In this document: piece by piece, positions 8,164-18,279 of the stretch | How positions within the stretch are numbered: the first letter of the stretch is position 1 | How the letters are laid out: each line of letters begins with the position of its first letter | Source: Candidatus Kapaibacterium sp. | GTDB taxonomy: Bacteria > Bacteroidota > Ignavibacteria > Kapaibacteriales > Kapaibacteriaceae | Length of the DNA stretch: 64,000 bases | Reading direction: 5' to 3' | Assembly (NCBI GenBank): GCA_018882585.1 | Contig: VFFB01000005.1 | Coordinates: forward strand, 948 to 64,947 | Notes under the pieces: model-generated | What the model saw: the letters and a program-made list of their open reading frames with translations, nothing else | Databases searched by the model: none | What the model was told of the DNA's origin: nothing | Position numbers and translations under genes: made by a program

Positions 8164-9746
8164 TCGATACCCATGCCCATATCGATGCATCTGCCTTCAA
8201 TGCCGACCGCGACGAGGTTGTTGCCCGCGCGTGGGAACAAGGCCTGACTGCCATCATCGTGCCCGCCATCTCGCCCGATCGGTTCGAGAACGTGCGAACG
8301 CTGGCCGCCTCTGATCCGCGCATCTTCAACGGCGCCGGCGTTCACCCCCACCACGCCCACGAAGCCTCTGACGCCGATCTGGCCTTCGTCGAAGCCTGGT
8401 GCGCAGACACAAAGACGGTTGCCGTGGGCGAGATCGGCCTTGACTACTACTACGACTTCTGTCCGAAGGACGTGCAACAGCGCGTCTTCCGCCAGCAGCT
8501 GCGCATCGCCAAGCGGGTCGGCAAGCCCGTCATCGTGCATAACCGCGAGTCGGACGATGATGTGCTCGGCATCATCAACGAGGAGCAGGACGGTACCCTG
8601 CAAGGCGTGCTGCACTGTTTTTCGAGCAGCGCCGACGTCATGCATCGCGCCATCAGCCTTGGCATGCACGTGTCGTTCACCGGCAACATCACGTTCAAAC
8701 AATCCACGCTGGCCGACGTCGTACGGCAGGTTCCCGCAGGACGCTGGATGATTGAAACAGATTCTCCCTACATTACCCCCGTGCCATTCAGGGGGCAACG
8801 CAACGAACCATCGCATGTCCGCCTTGTGGCGGAGAAAATCGCGGAGATACGATCTATGACGTTCCAGGATGTGATCAACGAATCAACGGCCACCGCCCGC
8901 AAGCTCTTTGGTCTTATGGCGCTGCTGCTTGTTGTTGCCTCGTCGGCGTATGCGCAACCGACCTTGCCCAACGAGGATGACTACGAGTTCGATGATGCGT
9001 ATGACCGCGCCATGGAGGTCTACGAGCTGGATTCCCTGGCCTGGGCCAAGTACCTCAAGCCACGCACATTCGGCGTCGGCTTCACCCTGGGCTTCAACAC
9101 GGTAGTGGAACGCCAGCAGCTGGTACAGGAGTTCTTCCGCAAGACGTATCCGCCCAATCCCCAGCCCAACCGCTGGGTCAGCTATGGCGACTCCGGCAAG
9201 TCGAAGCCGATCTCGTACGACGGTCTTGTGTCATTCGGCGGAACGATGATGTACCGGGCCAGCGATGCCTTCACTGTCGAGGCAACCTACCTGTACACCA
9301 AGAATGACGTGTTGGCCGAACGGTTCGGCGTAGACCCGACGATCACGAATATCTTCGAGGCCGCCCTGCTGTACACGATGAATCCATATAGCAAGGTGAA
9401 CTTCATGGCAACGGCAGGCGCAACGCTTGCCATCGTGGACGATCAGACGTCGACCGTCACGAAGTACGGACCCAATGTCGGTGTCGGTATCGGCGTGCCC
9501 ATCCCCTCGCCCATCGGTACGTTCTATCCCAAGTTCGACGTACGCTTCAACTTTATGCTTGGTCAGGAGATGAATCGCGTCGTACAACGCTTCGACGCCG
9601 TGGTCGACGACGATCCGAAGTACATCACGGATGATGGCCTGATCGTCGATCCGTCAGATCCGACACGCGTGTCGGTGAATCGTGCCAACGTCACAACGCT
9701 GTATTCGATTCCCCGCCTTACGCTGACGTGGTTTCCGGCGTTCTGA
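8160..9746 (+). CDS. tatD: TatD-family hydrolase fused in frame to a secreted, beta-barrel-like C-terminal domain
   Basis: MIDTHAHID, GVHPH, VGEIGLDYY, VHNRES, LHCF, IETDSPY cover residues 1-~250. They are followed with no stop by RKLFGLMALLLVVASSAYAQ and ~270 aa of amphipathic beta strands ending in Phe. Confidence 0.85.
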   Translation: MIDTHAHIDASAFNADRDEVVARAWEQGLTAIIVPAISPDRFENVRTLAASDPRIFNGAGVHPHHAHEASDADLAFVEAWCADTKTVAVGEIGLDYYYDFCPKDVQQRVFRQQLRIAKRVGKPVIVHNRESDDDVLGIINEEQDGTLQGVLHCFSSSADVMHRAISLGMHVSFTGNITFKQSTLADVVRQVPAGRWMIETDSPYITPVPFRGQRNEPSHVRLVAEKIAEIRSMTFQDVINESTATARKLFGLMALLLVVASSAYAQPTLPNEDDYEFDDAYDRAMEVYELDSLAWAKYLKPRTFGVGFTLGFNTVVERQQLVQEFFRKTYPPNPQPNRWVSYGDSGKSKPISYDGLVSFGGTMMYRASDAFTVEATYLYTKNDVLAERFGVDPTITNIFEAALLYTMNPYSKVNFMATAGATLAIVDDQTSTVTKYGPNVGVGIGVPIPSPIGTFYPKFDVRFNFMLGQEMNRVVQRFDAVVDDDPKYITDDGLIVDPSDPTRVSVNRANVTTLYSIPRLTLTWFPAF

Positions 9747-9747
9747 C

Positions 9748-10368
9748 ATGACAACGATCCTTTCCGGGACGGCACTGGCCCAGGACATCACGACAATCCG
9801 TGACGTGCACACGTCAACGCCCGCCTTCCGTGACGCCGTCCGCCGGATCGGTCTTCACCTGGCCGTCGAAGCATCGAAACACCTTCCGTCGCACGACGTC
9901 GACGTTACCACGCCCCTTACCACCACTGCCGGCAGGGTTGTTGATGGTACCGTAGTGATCGTGCCCATCCTGCGTGCCGGACTTGGTCTTTTACAGCCGT
10001 TTCTGGACATCATGCCCTATGCTTCGGTGGGCTACATTGGACTGAAGCGCGACGAATCCACCCTCGAAGCCGAAGAATACTACCAGCGCCTTCCCCCATT
10101 GTCGGCAACGTCGACCGTGATCGTGATCGACCCGATGCTTGCAACCGGCGGCAGCATGGTCGATGCCATCCATGCCCTGAAACGTGCCGGAGCCACATCC
10201 ATCATTGCCGTCTGCCTTATCGCCGCCCCCGAGGGTGTCACATGCGTGCACCGTGAACATCCGAACGTGCGCATTGTGGTGGCCGTACAGGATGAGGCAC
10301 TGAACGAACATGGCTACATCGTGCCCGGTCTTGGCGATGCAGGTGACCGGCTGTTTGGCACACTATGA
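9748..10368 (+). CDS. upp: Uracil phosphoribosyltransferase
   Basis: VPILRAGLG, IDPMLATGGS, GYIVPGLGDAGDRLFGT. Confidence 0.95.
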   Translation: MTTILSGTALAQDITTIRDVHTSTPAFRDAVRRIGLHLAVEASKHLPSHDVDVTTPLTTTAGRVVDGTVVIVPILRAGLGLLQPFLDIMPYASVGYIGLKRDESTLEAEEYYQRLPPLSATSTVIVIDPMLATGGSMVDAIHALKRAGATSIIAVCLIAAPEGVTCVHREHPNVRIVVAVQDEALNEHGYIVPGLGDAGDRLFGTL

Positions 10369-10448
10369 CGTTTGTCAGAAAAGGTTGACGCTCGACCACG
10401 TACATTGACTCAGGTTCCTTAATCACCAATGATCCAGGAGATACAACG

Positions 10449-10649
10449 ATGACAATCTTTCATTTTGGCAAGCACAGCGTTCCCTTCGCAGATATCCACG
10501 ATATCCGCGTTGAGTACAAGTACCACGAGAATGAGATCTACGTGGATCTTGAATTGAACGGCGGAGCACAGCTCAGCCTGAACCTGCCCGATTCCGTGGT
10601 CTTTATGGAACAGTTCCTGGCAAAGATCAAGGAGCAAAAGAATCTCTGA
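10449..10649 (+). CDS. Small hypothetical protein (66 aa)
   Basis: AGGAG ribosome-binding site upstream and a plausible beta-rich then helical sequence. No family recognised. Confidence 0.65.
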   Translation: MTIFHFGKHSVPFADIHDIRVEYKYHENEIYVDLELNGGAQLSLNLPDSVVFMEQFLAKIKEQKNL

Positions 10650-11784
10650 CCGCTGCCACCAGCGCAGCTAGATCGTGCTGCGTTGTGTGCGCATGCACGC
10701 TGAACCGGATGATAGGCGCACTGCGCCACGCATGTACGACGACCTCGATCGCATACTCGTCATAGAGTTTGCGCTTGAGGTCGTCAACGTTTGTACCCAC
10801 CGGTAACAGCACGGCGCCCATCTGCAACTGCTCGTCGCGCCGATCGACATGCATGGCTGTGATACCGGGAATCGACGTCAGCTCATCCATGCACCATCGC
10901 ACCAACGTCCGTGCCCGCTCCTGTACGGCAGGCCAGTCATTCGACGTCATCCATTCGATGGCATATGGCACGGTAAGGAAGGGGGCAGGGTCGCGCGTAC
11001 CGAGGTACTCGTGCTCGTCGATGAAGCTGCTGTGGTGCAACGACTGACTTTCCGGACCCCAGCTGACGACGATGGGACCGATGGCGTCCTGCAGCTCGCG
11101 TCGCACATGCAGGAAGGCCGAACCCTTGGGCGTACACATCCACTTGTGCATGTTGCCCGTGTAGATGTCGGCACCCAGCTCGTCCAGATGCAGCGGGATA
11201 TGTCCGGGTACATGCGATCCGTCGATGACGGTGATGATACCGCGCTGGCGGGCCCTGCGGACAAGTTCGGCGATGGGCAGCGTGATGGCCGTGGGCGAGG
11301 TGATGTGGCTTAGGAACAGCACACGCGTGCGCTCTGTAACGCCGGCCCATATGATGTCGACGATATCGTCGATGGGTGGCACCGGCATGGGAATGTGGGC
11401 CGTGACGATGACGGCACCGCGCGATACGGCATGGGTGTTCCATGCGCGAATGCAGGCTCCGTACTCATGGTCCGACACCAGGATCTCGTCGCCTGCACCC
11501 AGCGTCCGCCCAATTGCATGAGCGGCCACGTTGGTGCCGAAGGTCGAGTTCGTGACGTATACCACGTCCTGCGCCTTACATCCAAGGTAGTCTGCAAGGG
11601 CGATGCGGGCCTGATACATCAGCGCAGGCAGCTCGCGGTGCATCAGCACAGGTTGCTGCTCCATGCGCTCCTGCCAGCGGCGACATTCGTCGAGCAGCAC
11701 GCGCGGCGTGGCGCCGAAGCTTCCGTGGTTCAGGAAGCGAATATCTTGGCGCAGAAAGAAGTCATCACGCGTAAGCATCGGCAT
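10627..11784 (-). CDS. PLP-dependent aminotransferase class V (isopenicillin-N epimerase / cysteine lyase-like)
   Basis: FLNHGSFGATP, LSHITSPTA, IDGSHVPG, YTGNMHKWMCTPKG (PLP lysine). Confidence 0.9.
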   Translation of the reverse strand: MPMLTRDDFFLRQDIRFLNHGSFGATPRVLLDECRRWQERMEQQPVLMHRELPALMYQARIALADYLGCKAQDVVYVTNSTFGTNVAAHAIGRTLGAGDEILVSDHEYGACIRAWNTHAVSRGAVIVTAHIPMPVPPIDDIVDIIWAGVTERTRVLFLSHITSPTAITLPIAELVRRARQRGIITVIDGSHVPGHIPLHLDELGADIYTGNMHKWMCTPKGSAFLHVRRELQDAIGPIVVSWGPESQSLHHSSFIDEHEYLGTRDPAPFLTVPYAIEWMTSNDWPAVQERARTLVRWCMDELTSIPGITAMHVDRRDEQLQMGAVLLPVGTNVDDLKRKLYDEYAIEVVVHAWRSAPIIRFSVHAHTTQHDLAALVAAVRDSFAP

Positions 11785-11785
11785 C

Positions 11786-13804
11786 CTAGTCAATGATTCG
11801 TACTCGAACCGAGCGGTGTGCGGTGCGCTCCAACGCTGTTGTGGCCGTGACCACAGGTTGTTGATCGGCAATGATCGTTACGTCCGAGGCACGCAGGCCA
11901 AGTAGCTGGATGGCTGCTGCTGCGCGCTGGCGACGTAGTTGAGCGTTATAGTCGGCCGTTCCAAGATCATCCGTCGCCGGTATCACGGCAACGCGCTTGC
12001 CCGCGGCAGCAGCCCGTCGCACGTCGGCTACGACCGTGGAATCGACAGACGTGAAGGTCACACCGTCGTATCCGAAGTATCCAAGGATGCGGTCGCCCTG
12101 CAGTACATTCCCGGCAATGTCAATGTTCGTCACTACCGTGTCGGCCCTTGCCTGCACCGGCCTGAGCAGAACCTCGGCCTTGACGACGGTGTCGCTGTTG
12201 TCCTTTGGCACATGGACGTTGACGGCGATCACGGCCTTGACGGTTTCGAATGTGGGCAGGACGTTCCCTGACAGGTCCAGGCGGGCAACGTCACGCGCTG
12301 CCATGATCTCGCCGATAGGTATCGACCGATCCGCGGTTTCACCGGTGAAGCGTGCATCAACGGTCACAACGCATGGATCGCCGTTGCAGATGGTGGTCGG
12401 CAGCACCATCACGGTCATGTCCTGCGCAGACCGCGTCGTGGTTGCAACACTGGCCGGTATCACCGTACTGCGGCCGTTCAGCTCAAAGCGTACGCAGCGC
12501 TGCTCGTCGTCCAGCTGCGGCTGTTTCGACGGTGGTGCCTGGGCCGAGCGTATGGTGTACTGGTCGGGGCGGCCGCCAAGACGCGACAGCACCATGCCGA
12601 TACGTTGCTTCATGATCGTCGGGTCTTCGTCGGCCGAAGCACTTGCGATAACGGTAACGTGCATCGACGAGTCTCGCTCCAAGAGCTGGCGGATGGCCTC
12701 GAGCACGTGCTCCTGCGGCTGCGCCGACGCTACCGATGTAAGCTCGGTGCTGTTGAACCGATAGAAGACAACCGGAGGTGCCGTGAAGGAACGCACCTGT
12801 GTGCGGCTGCTGACGACGGGCACGTCGGTGACGCTGCCCACGGCCACATCGCGTCCCGCTGCCACGACGCGCAGTTCGACCGACGGCGCATACCGCTCCA
12901 CGACGGGCGGCGGCGGTGGCGGCGGTGGTGGCGGCGGCGGCGGCGGTGGTGGTGGCGGCGCGACCGATATGCGCGGACGCAGTCGAAGCAGCGCACCCAG
13001 GCGCAACGCTCCGACCGACCACGTAACCGGCGAGGCGATGTTCGTGAGTGGATGGTCGTACCGCAGGTACGAGGCCATAGAGAAATGGTCGGTGCTGTAA
13101 ACGTCGTACGATAGGCCAACAACGGCCGCAAGCCGTATGCCGGCATCGGGAATGTTGCCCTCCATCACGCCCCGAGTACGCGTGCCGGTCTCGAAGGTAT
13201 AATCGGCCGACGCAGGCTCGACCAACTGTTGCTGCTGCGTGAACGAGGCAACGATGGGCATGGCTGCAGAGAGACCGCCACGGATCGACAAGGCCGGCAT
13301 GGCCGGGAGCGACACCGAGACAAACGGCTCGACGCCGACAGGCAGATACATTGCATTGATCGTATGCTCGACGATGCCGTCAATGCGCTCGTTGTCGCGG
13401 ATGATGTTACCCGCGAACTCGCGCGTGCTGAGCGATGCCCCCAGCGAAGACACTGCGATGTCGACGCCATAGCTCAGCGGCAGCCCAAGCCACGACGTCG
13501 ATGGCACGGTCTGGATGCCCGCAGCAACGCCAAGGGCAAGACCGCTGCCGCCATCAAACGTGGTACAGCACGTGGCAAATCCCGGCAGCTGCGCAAACGA
13601 CGACGTATGCAGTGCCAGACCACCGTCGACGGCGGCACGCAGGATGTACGGCTTAAGCGTGCTGTCTGCCCCGGTCCGGACGTCCTGGGCAACGACACTG
13701 CATTGCGAACCAGAGATTGCGACGGCAGCGCCAAGGCAGACGCTGTTGGCAATAACGGTACGAACGATGCGCCGAAGGCGCTGTAGAAGCGGCAGATGCG
13801 TCAC
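11786..13804 (-). CDS. Outer-membrane protein: beta-barrel-like N-terminus, poly-Pro linker, degenerate OmpA-like domain(s)
   Basis: Signal-like N-terminus, amphipathic strands, 18 consecutive Pro, VFYRFNSTEL, and C-terminal TDDLGTADYNAQLRRQRAAA...RSVRVRI (OmpA-like). Confidence 0.65.
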   Translation of the reverse strand: MTHLPLLQRLRRIVRTVIANSVCLGAAVAISGSQCSVVAQDVRTGADSTLKPYILRAAVDGGLALHTSSFAQLPGFATCCTTFDGGSGLALGVAAGIQTVPSTSWLGLPLSYGVDIAVSSLGASLSTREFAGNIIRDNERIDGIVEHTINAMYLPVGVEPFVSVSLPAMPALSIRGGLSAAMPIVASFTQQQQLVEPASADYTFETGTRTRGVMEGNIPDAGIRLAAVVGLSYDVYSTDHFSMASYLRYDHPLTNIASPVTWSVGALRLGALLRLRPRISVAPPPPPPPPPPPPPPPPPPVVERYAPSVELRVVAAGRDVAVGSVTDVPVVSSRTQVRSFTAPPVVFYRFNSTELTSVASAQPQEHVLEAIRQLLERDSSMHVTVIASASADEDPTIMKQRIGMVLSRLGGRPDQYTIRSAQAPPSKQPQLDDEQRCVRFELNGRSTVIPASVATTTRSAQDMTVMVLPTTICNGDPCVVTVDARFTGETADRSIPIGEIMAARDVARLDLSGNVLPTFETVKAVIAVNVHVPKDNSDTVVKAEVLLRPVQARADTVVTNIDIAGNVLQGDRILGYFGYDGVTFTSVDSTVVADVRRAAAAGKRVAVIPATDDLGTADYNAQLRRQRAAAAIQLLGLRASDVTIIADQQPVVTATTALERTAHRSVRVRIID
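12905..12958 (-). repeat. CCG/CCA trinucleotide tract encoding 18 consecutive prolines
   Basis: Read directly from the sequence (ggcggcggt... run on the + strand). Confidence 0.9.
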
Positions 13805-16800
13805 AGCACCACCACCGTGGTTGCAACGGAACCTTGGGCATGTACCAGCACCACCGTGTACAGACCCGGCTGCAAGCCGGCAAACGACAAGGTCTGCTGC
13901 TGCGTGCCCGGCTGATACGTGTGCACAGGCAACGTGCGGACCAGACGGCCCTGCGCGTCAATGATGCGGCATGCAGCCTGCACGGATGATGTTGCGTCAA
14001 CCGTAAGCGTCGCCAGATCATCAACCGGATTAGGATGGATCATCATGCGCGGAATCGGACGGTCGACGATGCGTCGCGACGGATCAGGATTCAGGATCCG
14101 CAGCAGGCCGTTTCGGCCCGTGGTGCGAACGCTGCCGCCGAAGTTCGGTGCCGTGGTGTCGACGATAAGACTCGACGAGTCGACTTCGGCAAGACCTGCC
14201 CAGCCGACGACCTTGCCGGCAACACCGTCGGCGTCGAAACGCCTCGTGATGCGATATCGCACCACCCGCAGGTCGTTCGTCACGTCCTGCGAAACGATCT
14301 CGCCACTGCCCCCTTCCACCTCGACCGTGCGAGCAAGGAACAGACGGGGGTTGACGGTGAAGGAGCCTTCGAGCGTGCGGACGCCGGCATACGGAATGGG
14401 TTCGGTGATGTCGACGTCGACGGGGATGACGGCGTCACCCCGTGGGTCGGCACTCACAACTGGCAATGCAACAACAGCCTGGCCGGTGTAGGCACGCAAG
14501 GCGATGATGCGATCGACGGCGCAAGGGTCAAAGGCCAACGTGATCTTCGATGTATCGGGGATGACGCCTCCCGTATACCTTATCCGCAGCATCGCGCTGT
14601 CACCTGCAGGAATGCTCAACGGCACAGGCGTGACCACGGTGAACGGTGCCCCGGCAGAAACGGTAGCCGACGTGACGGTGACCGTGATGTCTGACACATT
14701 GGTGAGCATCACGTCGCGCTCGGATATCTCGGAGATAAACGGCAGCACCGTGTGCGACGTGTTGACAACGGCGCCCTTGCCCGTGCCATAGACCGTCATG
14801 CGTTTGCGAACGGTTTCGGATCCGGCATAGGCGATCAGGATAAAGGCCGTATCGCGGCCAAGTTCCGTGGGCACGAATTCGATGTCGGCCTCGATGGTGC
14901 CACCGGCCGGGACGATGGTGTTCGCAGTGAAGTTCACCACGCGGAACTGTGATAGCAAGCCGCGATCGGGGAAGATGGCATTCACCACGACCGGTATTGG
15001 ATCGTCGTTGCGGAAGATGGTCACACGACGTCGGCTTGGCTTGCCAACACAGACATCACCGAAGTCCGTACCGTTGCCAAGCAGTGTGAATGACCTGTCG
15101 GCAACGTCGATGTGTACCGGCAATGACGTCATGGTCGAACAGGCCTGAATGTCCAACGTATCCGTCAGCAGCCCAGTGTCCAACGGCATCGCGTCAAAGC
15201 GCACGCGGATGCATTCGCCGGGACGGACCGTATCGCCGATGATGGTCGAATCGAAGCGCAGCCAGCGGTTGTTACGCAGTGTGGCCTGATCGATGATCCA
15301 GAGCGACGGCCCCTGGTTACATAGCTCTGTCGAGGTGGTGTACACCGTTGAATCACCAACCAGCAGGGGCCTCAGCTGCAGCACCTGCACGGGAACGTCT
15401 GCAGGCGCGATCCGAAACACCGTATCGCTGGAATCACGCTCGGGTGTGGCGAAGTTCTGCAGCAGCGTATTGCGTCCGACAACGGGATCGGACGAGCACG
15501 TCACCAAACGTGATCCGTCGGGTGCGAACTCCATGTCCTGCATCAGACCCTGGAAGGCCGTTCCTTCGCCGGCCAGGACGTCCTGCGCCTCGATATCGAA
15601 CACGCGCAGTTGCGGCGTAGCGCGATAGCCAAGCATTAGGTAGGCATCGCTGGCACTGAAGACCATGTTGGCCATCTCGGTACCTGCCTGCGACTGCACC
15701 AGCCTGATCAGGTCGCCGCGTTGCAGGTCATAGATGTACGTCAGCTGGTCGCGCGGCGAGAATGATGCCGGCGACGTCTGCCCTGCCAAGGCAATGAAGC
15801 GGCGCGACGGTGCCAGTGCCACGCGCGAGATCAGCGGTCCTCGCGTTTTGGCGATGCCCGACTCAAATCGCTGCAGAAAGACGGTCTCGGGAATCTTCCA
15901 GCGTTCGACCGTGCCGTTCAGTTGGGCGATCACGAGTTCATCGCGATTGATCACTGCAGCCGTAATGGCTTGTGTAAAAGCAAGATTCGTGATCGAGTCA
16001 AGCGTTGTTGCATTGCGCACCGGCATGCGTGGTCCAAACTGCGGAAACACGTAGACCTTCTCGCCCGTCGGATCCACCCCAAGATCGCGGATCTCGAAGC
16101 CGGCCGGCATATCGGCCAGCACATCAGGCCCTGTCTTGCCGGGCACGAACCGCGCCACGGCGTCCAAGCCCGAAGAGCGATTGATCGCAGCAAGCAGGTT
16201 ATACGTCTTGCCCTGATAGGCAAGACCAACCACGGGAGAGGCCGGATTCGACTGATACTTCGCCGTCGGCTGTTGCGTGATGATGTCCCACTCCTGGATC
16301 GCGCCGTTACGGTAGGCAACGGCGGCGCGTATGCCGTCGTTCGAGACGGCAACATTTGTTGCCGGTGCAGCCTCGCCCCTTAACCAGACGGGCTCGGCAG
16401 CATCATACTCCTGATAGACGGCGATGCGAGCCGATTGCGTCACCGTCTCGGGCACCTCCCACGTCAGCGTCGTATCAAGCGTTGAATCGATTCGGATCCA
16501 GTTGCGACCGTTATCTGTGGTATAGTCCACGTATGTCTGGAATCCCTTCAGCGACCCCGTCCACGTGATCGGAATCTTCTGACAGGGGGCGAAGGCTTCG
16601 CCGCCATTGGGCGTGAGCAACACCAGGCGTGGCAGACGTTTGAAGGTGCGACGGTTGGCGAAGATGACCATGCGCTCCGTCATGCCACCCTCATACGTCA
16701 CGATCAGCGTATCGACGAGCGGCTCGTCGCTGACGGGCTTGAAGACAAGGTCGAAGCGATACTCGATGGGCGACAGCACTTGGGCAGGCAGCTCGTTGAT

Positions 16801-17403
16801 ACGGTCGATGAAGCTACCGCGCCACACCACGTCGATCAGGCCGCTGCGCGTCTCGATCGACTCAAGCAGAATGCGGCGCTCCTGCGGCGGTGTGCCTTCG
16901 ACAGGTGCCGTGAAGGGCCACAGACGAAACTTGCCGATCACTTCGCTTCCTGCCGTCACCGATCCGAAGTCGATGTAGCGCGGCAATGCGCGACCCATGC
17001 TGTCAAGCACGCGGAATGACGGAAAGTCATTACGGTTGTAGATCGCCGTGGTCGATGCCGTCTCCAGTCCCTTGGTCACGAAGATCGTGTTCACATCATC
17101 GCCGGTCGACTGCCGGTTCTGACGCGAAAGCGTCCACGTCACCAGATGCGTCCCCGCACCGATGTCCGTGACCGACCTTGGGACGACGGGGATGTTGCCC
17201 TCGAGGATGACAACGTCGCCAGCCGAGAGTGTCAGTGGCACCCCCGCACGCGTGGCGCGCAGACGCATTTGCACATCGGGATAGGCCGTTCGCGCATCGA
17301 TCTGGGCTCCGCCCGAGGGAATAACTTCGACGTTGAACTGCGCGTGGGCCGGCACAAGGGCCAGCACAAGCAAAAATATGGCGATGAAGAGACGTTGGGT
17401 CAT
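13801..17403 (-). CDS. Large secreted protein with WD40/beta-propeller, Ig-like (choice-of-anchor D-like) repeats and T9SS type A sorting domain
   Basis: Signal peptide MTQRLFIAIFLLVLALVPAHAQ, PNGGE Ig motif, WD-like repeats, DFGDVCVG, and C-terminal IHPNPV...IIDAQGRLV...GLYTV. Confidence 0.8.
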   Translation of the reverse strand: MTQRLFIAIFLLVLALVPAHAQFNVEVIPSGGAQIDARTAYPDVQMRLRATRAGVPLTLSAGDVVILEGNIPVVPRSVTDIGAGTHLVTWTLSRQNRQSTGDDVNTIFVTKGLETASTTAIYNRNDFPSFRVLDSMGRALPRYIDFGSVTAGSEVIGKFRLWPFTAPVEGTPPQERRILLESIETRSGLIDVVWRGSFIDRINELPAQVLSPIEYRFDLVFKPVSDEPLVDTLIVTYEGGMTERMVIFANRRTFKRLPRLVLLTPNGGEAFAPCQKIPITWTGSLKGFQTYVDYTTDNGRNWIRIDSTLDTTLTWEVPETVTQSARIAVYQEYDAAEPVWLRGEAAPATNVAVSNDGIRAAVAYRNGAIQEWDIITQQPTAKYQSNPASPVVGLAYQGKTYNLLAAINRSSGLDAVARFVPGKTGPDVLADMPAGFEIRDLGVDPTGEKVYVFPQFGPRMPVRNATTLDSITNLAFTQAITAAVINRDELVIAQLNGTVERWKIPETVFLQRFESGIAKTRGPLISRVALAPSRRFIALAGQTSPASFSPRDQLTYIYDLQRGDLIRLVQSQAGTEMANMVFSASDAYLMLGYRATPQLRVFDIEAQDVLAGEGTAFQGLMQDMEFAPDGSRLVTCSSDPVVGRNTLLQNFATPERDSSDTVFRIAPADVPVQVLQLRPLLVGDSTVYTTSTELCNQGPSLWIIDQATLRNNRWLRFDSTIIGDTVRPGECIRVRFDAMPLDTGLLTDTLDIQACSTMTSLPVHIDVADRSFTLLGNGTDFGDVCVGKPSRRRVTIFRNDDPIPVVVNAIFPDRGLLSQFRVVNFTANTIVPAGGTIEADIEFVPTELGRDTAFILIAYAGSETVRKRMTVYGTGKGAVVNTSHTVLPFISEISERDVMLTNVSDITVTVTSATVSAGAPFTVVTPVPLSIPAGDSAMLRIRYTGGVIPDTSKITLAFDPCAVDRIIALRAYTGQAVVALPVVSADPRGDAVIPVDVDITEPIPYAGVRTLEGSFTVNPRLFLARTVEVEGGSGEIVSQDVTNDLRVVRYRITRRFDADGVAGKVVGWAGLAEVDSSSLIVDTTAPNFGGSVRTTGRNGLLRILNPDPSRRIVDRPIPRMMIHPNPVDDLATLTVDATSSVQAACRIIDAQGRLVRTLPVHTYQPGTQQQTLSFAGLQPGLYTVVLVHAQGSVATTVVVL

Positions 17404-17474
17404 AAGGTGTAAGGTCACGGCGCAATGACGTTCGGATCGAGCTTTTCGTTACAGACCGGAGGCCGGTAAGCACA

Positions 17475-18275
17475 TCACGGTATCATCCGGTGCCGCCCGT
17501 CGGGATGATAGCGTGCAAGAAACTCGATCACTTCCGGCTCGCGGGCATCGTGCAGTTCGCTCACCGTTCCTTCGAACAGGACGCGTCCGCCATCGATCAT
17601 CACCACGTGATCGGCGATGTTGAATACCGAGAACATATCGTGGGTGATAACAACCGAGGTGACGTGAAGCTTTTTCGCAAGATCGGCCAGCAGATCGTCG
17701 ATCTGCTGCGAGGTGACGGGATCCAGACCCGTCGTGGGTTCGTCGTAGAAGATGTACGAGGGATCGCCAACAAGTGCGCGGGCGACGCCGACGCGTTTGC
17801 GCATGCCACCCGACAGGTCGCTGGGCTTTTTTGCCCGCAGGATTGCGTACTCGCGTTCGTAGTCGTCGGTACCGCTCAGCGACAGATCAGGCAGGAGGCC
17901 AACGGCCGACAGAACGCGGCGCGCTTCGGATTCAAGGGTGTTTTTGTCGGTCTCGCCATGTTCGACAAGCGAGATCACAACATTCTCGAACACCGTGAGC
18001 GAGTCGAACAGGGCCGCCCCTTGAAACACGTAGCCGATGCGACGTCGCAGCGCGAACAGATCGTCGTTGCCGATCTTGGCGATGTTCTTGCCGTCGATCA
18101 TGATCGTACCGGCATCGGCATCGAGCAGACCGACGATGTGTTTAAGCAGCACGCTCTTGCCGCAGCCCGACTTTCCGATGATGCACGTGGTCTTCCCATT
18201 GGGGATCACCATGCTCATGCCTCGGAGCACGGACTTACTGCCAAAGGATTTCGATAGGCCGTCGATCGTGATCAT
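17475..18275 (-). CDS. mlaF: MlaF/Ttg2A-like ABC transporter ATP-binding protein
   Basis: GKSGCGKS, YVFQGAALFDSLTVFENV, LSGGMRKRVGVARAL, YDEPTTGLDP. Confidence 0.85.
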   Translation of the reverse strand: MITIDGLSKSFGSKSVLRGMSMVIPNGKTTCIIGKSGCGKSVLLKHIVGLLDADAGTIMIDGKNIAKIGNDDLFALRRRIGYVFQGAALFDSLTVFENVVISLVEHGETDKNTLESEARRVLSAVGLLPDLSLSGTDDYEREYAILRAKKPSDLSGGMRKRVGVARALVGDPSYIFYDEPTTGLDPVTSQQIDDLLADLAKKLHVTSVVITHDMFSVFNIADHVVMIDGGRVLFEGTVSELHDAREPEVIEFLARYHPDGRHRMIP

Positions 18276-18279
18276 AAGC

